Positions 57,354-64,000 of a stretch of 64,000 nucleotides of DNA are shown here, piece after piece. The notes beneath the pieces were generated by a model. That model did no database searches. It was given only the letters and a program-made list of their open reading frames with translations, and was not told the DNA's origin. The translations under genes were made by a program, and so were the position numbers. Position 1 is the stretch's first letter, and each line of letters begins with the position of its first letter. The stretch is from a virus: IMG/VR virus record IMGVR_UViG_3300044825_001821, positions 108,440-172,439 of that record; one strand, given 5' to 3'.

Positions 57354-58154
57354 ATGTCCGTAGGCGCAGGTGGTGTAGAATATGAGAACAAAGTTCTTAG
57401 ACAGATTAAGCCCCAAATAAAAAAAATCAAAGGTTTAAAACTTAAAGAAGGAGCATCAACTGCTGCTTTCGCCGCCACTGAACCTGATTTAGTTTTATTG
57501 ATGGATAACTATCAAATAAACATCGAAATCAAACAAGACAACAAAGCGCAAATGGGAGGCGGTTCTTATAATTATGATATAAAAACTAAAAAATTTAGTT
57601 TATCTGCAAAGACTGTTATTGATCCTGCGATTGATTCAAAATTAAAGGAAGTGTTGAGTACCAAACAAAAAGATTTGGATAAACTTCTAAATTATGTTAA
57701 AAAAAATGATGCAAAATTGTTGAGTGAAGATGTGAAGGGATTACCACTAAAGGCAACTAAAACTATGTGGGAAGAATTAACAAAAGAAAGATTTTTAGTA
57801 CCTTTAAATGCAAAGATGCAAGTACCACACACTTTCTTACACGATCACTACAACAAAAAAAAGTGTTACTATATTCAAATTGGTGGAGCAGGTCTTTTTT
57901 ATCTTAAAAAAAATCCATTAAATCTTCCTATACCACAATTAAAAATACCTATGGCAATTGAATTGCGTTTAGGTAGAGCCGGTTCAAAGATGGATAAAAC
58001 TTTGGGCGTTGATGTTGCGAGTGGAAATATTAGAGCACAGGGGCGACTTGATAGTAAAACAAAAATACAATCTCCATACTCACTGGATAAACCAGGAGAT
58101 TTTTTAAAACTATTTGGTAACGTAACCGCAAAAGATTTAGAAAATTTAAAGTAA
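57354..58154 (+). CDS. Putative PD-(D/E)xK nuclease
   Basis: GVEYE...EPDLVL...IEIK; Lys-rich. Confidence 0.6.
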   Translation: MSVGAGGVEYENKVLRQIKPQIKKIKGLKLKEGASTAAFAATEPDLVLLMDNYQINIEIKQDNKAQMGGGSYNYDIKTKKFSLSAKTVIDPAIDSKLKEVLSTKQKDLDKLLNYVKKNDAKLLSEDVKGLPLKATKTMWEELTKERFLVPLNAKMQVPHTFLHDHYNKKKCYYIQIGGAGLFYLKKNPLNLPIPQLKIPMAIELRLGRAGSKMDKTLGVDVASGNIRAQGRLDSKTKIQSPYSLDKPGDFLKLFGNVTAKDLENLK

Positions 58155-58155
58155 A

Positions 58156-59379
58156 ATGAAATTCATGGACTTCATAACAGAGAGTAAAGAAGGTAAGAAT
58201 GTTCACTTGGAACATCTTGAAGATAATGTATTAAATGGTGGTGTATCAGGCGCACGTGAAGCAATTGAATTCTTACGTTCCTTACGAAACATGCTTGCTG
58301 GTCATACTGGCAATAAAATAAACATAACCACAAAATGGGATGGTGCACCGGCAATCTTTGCTGGCACAAATCCAGAGAACGGCAAATTTTTTGTCGGTAC
58401 TAAATCAGTGTTTGCAAAAAATGCAAAATTGAATTATACTGATGAAGATATTGATGAGAATCATCCCGGCGAAGGACTCAATCAAAAACTAAAACTTGCA
58501 TTAGCATTCTTACCTAAGTTAGGCATCAAAGGTGTTTTGCAAGGTGACATGATGTTCTCTAAAGGAGATATCAAACATGAGACAATCGATGGAGAAGATT
58601 ATATCATCTTTCAACCAAATACAATCGTATACGCAGTGCCAACAAAATCAAAGTTGGCACAAACAATGCTTGCTGCACACATTGGCGTGGTATTCCATAC
58701 ATCGTACTCTGGTAAAACACTTGAGACAATGAAAGCATCATTCAACATTGACATTGGACATTTAAAACCAACCAAAGATGTTTGGTTTCGTGATGCATCA
58801 TTCACTGACGCATCTGGCTCTGTCACATTCACCGAAGAAGAAACGGCAGCAATCACATCAATACTTTCAAATGCAGGTAGATTGTTTAATACAATACCCG
58901 CACTGACGTTGAATCGAATTGCTGCATCTGATGTTTTTCTTACGCAGATTAAAACGTTTAACAACACCAAAGTTCGTGAAGGTAAAAAGATTTCTGATAC
59001 CAGAGTTCATACACAAGAATTATTAAATTGGGTGGAAGCAAAATTAAACAAAGAAGTTCTTGCAGCAAAGAAAGAAGATACGAAACAAAAACGTTTGAAA
59101 GAAAAGAATGAAGTGATGCGTTTTTATCGTTCAAACGCTATAAATCTGAAAGCAATTTTCGATCTAATGAATTTAATTGTTGATGCCAAGTTAATGGTTA
59201 TTCGTAAGTTAGAAACTATCAAGAGTATTGGCACATTCGTTCGCACCGATGATGGTTTTCGTATCACGGCACCAGAAGGATTTGTTGCTGTAGATCATCT
59301 TGGTAAAGCACTAAAACTGGTAGATAGATTAGAATTCAGTAGACAAAACTTTAACGCACAAAAGGCATGGGATAAATGA
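58156..59379 (+). CDS. RNA ligase-like covalent nucleotidyltransferase (DUF6267-like)
   Basis: KWDG (motif I), QGDMM, PEGFV (IV), KLVDR (V); HLEHLED N-terminus. Confidence 0.65.
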   Translation: MKFMDFITESKEGKNVHLEHLEDNVLNGGVSGAREAIEFLRSLRNMLAGHTGNKINITTKWDGAPAIFAGTNPENGKFFVGTKSVFAKNAKLNYTDEDIDENHPGEGLNQKLKLALAFLPKLGIKGVLQGDMMFSKGDIKHETIDGEDYIIFQPNTIVYAVPTKSKLAQTMLAAHIGVVFHTSYSGKTLETMKASFNIDIGHLKPTKDVWFRDASFTDASGSVTFTEEETAAITSILSNAGRLFNTIPALTLNRIAASDVFLTQIKTFNNTKVREGKKISDTRVHTQELLNWVEAKLNKEVLAAKKEDTKQKRLKEKNEVMRFYRSNAINLKAIFDLMNLIVDAKLMVIRKLETIKSIGTFVRTDDGFRITAPEGFVAVDHLGKALKLVDRLEFSRQNFNAQKAWDK

Positions 59380-59648
59380 GTTACGATATCAATAAGATTT
59401 TAGCAGAATATGCAGATGATGACTTTGGCTTCAGCACCGTAGATGAAGTTGAATATCAAGCAGTCATTGCAGAGAAAGATGAAACTGTTGAGGAATATAA
59501 ACAAAGACTTCAACAAGTAGAAAAGATTATCATGCCTTTTCTGACAAATTTATATAAGACTGCAAATCAACCATACATTCACTGGCCTAATCGTGGTCCT
59601 ATTATTGAGAAACAAATGCAGAAGATTCTTACATTGACGAGGGGCTAA
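59376..59648 (+). CDS. Hypothetical protein
   Basis: DFGFSTVDE...PYIHWPNR. Confidence 0.6.
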   Translation: MSYDINKILAEYADDDFGFSTVDEVEYQAVIAEKDETVEEYKQRLQQVEKIIMPFLTNLYKTANQPYIHWPNRGPIIEKQMQKILTLTRG

Positions 59649-59968
59649 TGTTCAACATTACATCAACTGCCGCAAAGAAAATTAAATCAATCATTGATGA
59701 AGAAAATCCTGATTTGAAACTACGTGTGTTCGTACAGGGTGGTGGTTGCACAGGTTTTCAGTATGGCTTTACACTTGAAGAGCAATCAGAAGCCGATGAT
59801 CATGTGTTTGAACGTGATGGCATACAGGTTGTTATAGATAGTATTAGTATGCATTATGTAAATGATGCGGAAATTGATTATGAAGAATCATTGATGGGTT
59901 CACAATTCAAAATCAAAAATCCTAATGTAACTGCAACTTGCGGTTGTGGTTCATCATTTGCCGTATGA
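59648..59968 (+). CDS. erpA: A-type Fe-S cluster carrier (ErpA/IscA)
   Basis: [26 protein letters not shown]. Confidence 0.93.
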   Translation: MFNITSTAAKKIKSIIDEENPDLKLRVFVQGGGCTGFQYGFTLEEQSEADDHVFERDGIQVVIDSISMHYVNDAEIDYEESLMGSQFKIKNPNVTATCGCGSSFAV

Positions 59969-60360
59969 AAACTTTTAAAGAACATATATCAGAATCCAGT
60001 ATCTATGATAAAGATGTGATAACTTTAGGTAAGTTAGAAAAAACTGGAAAGATCGTTCAGATATTGAAAAAAGCACACACCGTTGCTTTCAGTAAAGATA
60101 AAGATTGGATATTGATTGATACCGATTATATCAGAGGTAAGAAAAGCATTGGTCAAAAATGGATTCCTGCATCAACCAAGTTTAGTTGGGTAAAAGAATT
60201 TAACAATATTCGTGAAAAACAAGAGTTTGTATCAAAGGCTGGTGCTGGTGAATGGGGTCGTCCAGAACTGAGAGATAAATATCTCACTGACACGCCAGGT
60301 CAAAGTACAAAACAATACAAAAAGTTTACAGGAAACTGGGCGACGACAGACAGAAAATAA
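59965..60360 (+). CDS. Hypothetical protein, possible internal head protein
   Basis: Starts [10 protein letters not shown], like the T4 capsid-targeting leader; ends TPGQ. Confidence 0.5.
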   Translation: MKTFKEHISESSIYDKDVITLGKLEKTGKIVQILKKAHTVAFSKDKDWILIDTDYIRGKKSIGQKWIPASTKFSWVKEFNNIREKQEFVSKAGAGEWGRPELRDKYLTDTPGQSTKQYKKFTGNWATTDRK

Positions 60361-60375
60361 ATTATTGGAGATATT

Positions 60376-61218
60376 ATGAAGGATTGTATCGTGGGGTGTT
60401 CGACCAACTATGATTGGTCGAAGTTAAAATATTGGGTAAACTCAATCAACGCATCAGGCTTTGAAGGTGATAAAGTTCTGATTCTCATGAACTGCGACAA
60501 AGATACCGTACAAAAGGTAACTGACGCAGGCTTCTCAATCATAGCATTCAATCAAGATGGTGATGGTAATTTAAGCTATCAATCACAATTGATGGTGCAT
60601 GTTGAGCGATTTGTTCACATTTACAAACTTCTGAAAGACAACGACTATCGTTATGTGATTACCACAGATGTGAGAGATGTTATCTTTCAAAAAAATCCTG
60701 TTGATTGGCTAGAAGAAAATCTTTCTACCCGAGAAGATTTGGTATTCTCATCTGAAAGCATGAAATACAAAGATGAACCATGGGGTCGTGAAAACATTAC
60801 ACAATGTTATGGACAAGGTATCTATGAAGATTTTAAAAACAATACTATTTTTAATGTTGGTGTGATTGCAGGTCGTGGTTATGCAATGAAAGATTTAGCA
60901 TTACAACTGTTTTTAAACTGTATTAATAGACCAATACCAATTGTTGATCAAGCAGTATTCAATGTAATGATTTCAAGACATCCATATATTGATTCGTCAA
61001 TGTATACTGAATCAGAATACGGTTGGGCATGTCAATTAGGTACAACTGCCGATCCGAGTAAGATTGATCAATTCAGACCGCATCTACTAGAATCATCACC
61101 GAAATTAGAAGGCGATAAGGTTGTAACTTCAAAGGGAATAGAGTATACTATTGTACATCAGTATGATCGTGTTCCAGAGTGGCGTAAAGTGATTGAGGCA
61201 AAATATGACGACAAGTAA
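60376..61218 (+). CDS. Glycosyltransferase-like protein (GT-A)
   Basis: ERF, TDVRDV (DxD-like), NVGVIAG, DQAVFN, IVHQYDR. Confidence 0.65.
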   Translation: MKDCIVGCSTNYDWSKLKYWVNSINASGFEGDKVLILMNCDKDTVQKVTDAGFSIIAFNQDGDGNLSYQSQLMVHVERFVHIYKLLKDNDYRYVITTDVRDVIFQKNPVDWLEENLSTREDLVFSSESMKYKDEPWGRENITQCYGQGIYEDFKNNTIFNVGVIAGRGYAMKDLALQLFLNCINRPIPIVDQAVFNVMISRHPYIDSSMYTESEYGWACQLGTTADPSKIDQFRPHLLESSPKLEGDKVVTSKGIEYTIVHQYDRVPEWRKVIEAKYDDK

Positions 61219-61927
61219 AATAGCACTTTGTATTTCAGGTCAACCAAGAATGGTTGAAGCGGGGCATTACTATCATTTGAAAAATATTTTGTATAAAAAT
61301 GATGTAACAGTTTTTCTTCACACTTGGGAAAATGAAAACGATCTTCATGAACAAGCCCTTGATCTGTATCAACCAGCTGGTGCAATTGTTGAGCAGCCTT
61401 TAGAAATAGATTTATCAGCATATACTAACACACCTCCTCCTTCTCCAAATTGGAAGGTTAAGGATGGTCGTATGTCAACATATGCACAAATGTATGCAAT
61501 TTATCATACCATGAAATTAAAGCAAGAATATGAAAAAAATAATTCAATGAAGTTTGATTGGGTTATTCGTTCAAGATTTGATTTTGCTATTAATACTCGT
61601 ATACCTTTTGATCAATTAGACAACTCTAAGTTGCATATACCAAACTGTCGCATGACACCAGATCGTGATTTTGGTAATGATCAGTTTGCATTTTCTTCAT
61701 CAGAGAATATGAACAAGTATGCTGAGGTGTTTAAAAACTATGATGAATTTTATAAACAAGGCATACAGTTTATGATGGAAGATTTCATGAGTGCTAACTG
61801 GAAAAAGTATGGTCTTGTTGGTGAAAAACTAGTATACTGTGATGTCAATCATCCATTTCCTCCAGGCGAATACAATGGCACATGGCACTCTTTACTACGT
61901 GAGGACATGGAAGAATGGCTGAAGTAA
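61205..61927 (+). CDS. Glycan-biosynthesis-associated protein, possible glycosyltransferase
   Basis: KIALCISGQPR, FLHTW, FDWVIRSRFD, NDQFA. Confidence 0.55.
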   Translation: MTTSKIALCISGQPRMVEAGHYYHLKNILYKNDVTVFLHTWENENDLHEQALDLYQPAGAIVEQPLEIDLSAYTNTPPPSPNWKVKDGRMSTYAQMYAIYHTMKLKQEYEKNNSMKFDWVIRSRFDFAINTRIPFDQLDNSKLHIPNCRMTPDRDFGNDQFAFSSSENMNKYAEVFKNYDEFYKQGIQFMMEDFMSANWKKYGLVGEKLVYCDVNHPFPPGEYNGTWHSLLREDMEEWLK

Positions 61928-62643
61928 ATCTTGTTATTTGCATGGCGGGTTACAACACCCGCTTTCATGACGTTGGTTTTGATATTCCAAAGTATCTGTT
62001 GCCTTGGAATGGTAAGACAATCATTCATGATATCATAAAGAATCTACACACAGATTGCCGTGTGCTTCTTGTTGCGAACAAACGTGATGTTTATTTTCAA
62101 GATCAACTTCTTGAAACGATTGCACCTTTTGATTTGAATGAAAAGAATATTCTGTATATTGGTGACACAAAAGGCCAAGCACATACAGCAGCGATTGGTA
62201 TTGATTATCTGAATCATCCAGAGTTGCCAACTTTCATTCACAACGGAGACACGATTGTGACTGGTCGTAATTTGAAATCGATAAGTGAAATGTTGGCTTA
62301 TCCATATACAGCATATGTTGATGTATTCATTGGCAACTCACCAAAATATTCTTATGTTCGTGCATATGAAGGCGTCGTTACAGAAATAGTTGAGAAGAAA
62401 CAGATATCGCCATACGCATCATCAGGCCTGTATGGCTTTGAATCTGGCAATAGATATCTTGAATACTACAACAAACTTCATTCGGATGACGAACTTTATA
62501 TTTCAAATGTAATTCAGAGTATGATTGCAGATGATAAGTCTGCGTTCATGAATGGTTTAGCAACAAATCAAGAAACAATTGTTTTAGGTAGTCCACAAGA
62601 ATATGGTATTGAAGTAGCAAGACAAACATTGGGTGCGAAATGA
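61915..62643 (+). CDS. Sugar-phosphate nucleotidyltransferase
   Basis: ICMAGYNTRF...PKYLL, TKGQAHT, NGD, EKK, SGLYGF, ELYIS, LGSP. Confidence 0.85.
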   Translation: MAEVNLVICMAGYNTRFHDVGFDIPKYLLPWNGKTIIHDIIKNLHTDCRVLLVANKRDVYFQDQLLETIAPFDLNEKNILYIGDTKGQAHTAAIGIDYLNHPELPTFIHNGDTIVTGRNLKSISEMLAYPYTAYVDVFIGNSPKYSYVRAYEGVVTEIVEKKQISPYASSGLYGFESGNRYLEYYNKLHSDDELYISNVIQSMIADDKSAFMNGLATNQETIVLGSPQEYGIEVARQTLGAK

Positions 62644-63605
62644 AAACGATTGAACTTAAAGGTGGCTCACTGAGCAAAACTTATTGGATACCAGACCAGA
62701 ACATTGTTCGTAAAGAAATATCACGCACGAAGAATCGTGAATATGGTTTTGTTCGTTGGTATTCACAGTTGATGAAACTGCAACACTTCAATCAGATTTA
62801 TCCTGGTCTGTTTCCAGAAGTTGTTGCTATTGGTTCTACTGGTGTTGATGCATGGTTTGATTTAAAATATCTAGAAGGATTTCGTGATATCAAATCTATT
62901 CTGAGTGGTGAACCACTCAAAGAAGAAACAATATTCAAAATCAGTAAAGCAGTATGGAAAGGTTTGAACACAATACATTCTTTTGGTAGAACGCCAATTT
63001 CTGGAGCGCCATCACTTTACTTCCGTGAAGAGATACATCAAAAGTTGATGGATGCATTGAAGATACCAGCATTTGGTGAATTCTTCGAAAAAGGTAATTA
63101 TTGGTTAAACAGTAAAGAAGTAATTGGTCTTACTGGCACACTAGCAATTCATGGTCCTGTGTATGAATTCTTTTCAAATTTAGAAAATGATGATGAGTGT
63201 AACATTCATGGCAATCCTACATTAGAAAACATCATGTATTCTTTTGAAGAGGACCGTGTAATGTTCATTGACACATACGAAGAAAGTATGTGGAACACAA
63301 AATATCTTGATTATGCACAAGTTCTTCAGTGTTCACGTAGTCATTATGGTTTCATCAATGATCGTGATATTCGTGTAGTCGGAAATGACTTCTTCAATCC
63401 AAATACAATACCAAGTAACTTTGAAGTATTCAACAACCACTTCATGTCCGAACTGCCAGAAGATAAAATGAAACTTATAGATATATTGGAAGCATCACAA
63501 TTTATTCGTATGCTTCCATTCAAATTAATTGCTGGCGATATAAACAAAGCAAGATATTTTTATGTACATGCGGCAAAATTGTTTCATGAGGCTTTAGATG
63601 AGTGA
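62640..63605 (+). CDS. Aminoglycoside-phosphotransferase / choline-kinase-fold kinase
   Basis: LKGGSLS loop, HGNPTLENI (Brenner-like), FID, DYAQ. Confidence 0.72.
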   Translation: MKTIELKGGSLSKTYWIPDQNIVRKEISRTKNREYGFVRWYSQLMKLQHFNQIYPGLFPEVVAIGSTGVDAWFDLKYLEGFRDIKSILSGEPLKEETIFKISKAVWKGLNTIHSFGRTPISGAPSLYFREEIHQKLMDALKIPAFGEFFEKGNYWLNSKEVIGLTGTLAIHGPVYEFFSNLENDDECNIHGNPTLENIMYSFEEDRVMFIDTYEESMWNTKYLDYAQVLQCSRSHYGFINDRDIRVVGNDFFNPNTIPSNFEVFNNHFMSELPEDKMKLIDILEASQFIRMLPFKLIAGDINKARYFYVHAAKLFHEALDE

Positions 63606-64000
63606 TGAGTTTATGATGGACTATGACAAGTTCAAACGAACTTGGAAAGTAAAAACAGAACTACCAGTAGAATTCAAATTAACATATTCGGCTGACATAT
63701 TTAATCCGAGTAACCAAGATATAGCAAATTTATCCAATAGTCATCGTAGAGTGATTGTGATAGATACTGAAGTTTGGGATTTATATAAATCAAAAATCGA
63801 TGAATATTTTGGTGTCACAAAACTTGAATCACAAATACTGATTATTGACTGTAAAGAAGAAAACAAGAACTGGAAAAATGTAGATGAAATTGTCACCTTT
63901 TTTGAAAAACAGGGAGTTCTTCGTCGTGAAAAGATTATCGCCATTGGTGGTGGTGTTCTCCTTGACATTGTTGGGTTTGCTTGCAGCATATATCGTCGTG
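63598..64000 (+). CDS. Sugar-phosphate cyclase, probably sedoheptulose 7-phosphate cyclase (EEVS/DDGS type) rather than DHQS; 3' truncated, absent from the ORF track
   Basis: Manual translation: MSDEF...WKVKTELPVEF...DIFNPSN...RRVIVIDTEVWDLY...EENK...GVLRREKIIAIGGGVLLDIVGFACSIYRR. Confidence 0.8.
   Translation, partial: MSDEFMMDYDKFKRTWKVKTELPVEFKLTYSADIFNPSNQDIANLSNSHRRVIVIDTEVWDLYKSKIDEYFGVTKLESQILIIDCKEENKNWKNVDEIVTFFEKQGVLRREKIIAIGGGVLLDIVGFACSIYRR

Noticed and set aside
1198-63989. All minus-strand ORFs in the track
   Set aside because: Short, antisense to well-supported + strand genes, with no recognisable motifs; consistent with codon-bias shadows.

Overview
A 64-kb, fully + strand, AT-rich segment of a large T4-like myovirus. 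Its gene order matches the cyanophage/pelagiphage-like 'far-T4' group, and the host is probably an aquatic proteobacterium (inference). In order: repeat-rich fibre/virion genes (the first runs off the left edge); neck gp13-14-15; terminase gp16/gp17 with dps between them; gp18-19-20; the head block (gp67, gp68, gp21, gp22, gp23); gp3, uvsY and uvsW. Next come an NDP-sugar cassette, gp55, a cytidylyltransferase, gp47/46, two 2OG oxygenases, def and a GNAT-oxygenase / PLP enzyme / amino-methyltransferase trio. A block of sigma70-promoter genes follows (VWA-peptidase, MoxR/CobS ATPase, DUF262-HNH nuclease, wHTH). The replication core comes next (gp45, 44, 62, regA, hsp20, dCMP deaminase, gp43, uvsX, gp41), then a late block (nuclease, ligase-like protein, ErpA). 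The right edge has a glycosyltransferase / nucleotidyltransferase / kinase / sugar-phosphate cyclase cluster whose cyclase is truncated and missing from the ORF track. Best candidates for new biology: (1) a possible phage C7-cyclitol (pseudosugar) pathway at 60.4-64 kb; (2) a possible multi-step DNA base hypermodification operon at 35-38.4 kb; (3) an H-type pseudoknot leader, fused terminator/promoter elements and a ROSE-like thermometer; (4) possible virion glycosylation. All family calls are by motif recognition; no searches were run. I saw no tRNA, CRISPR array, intron or intein.
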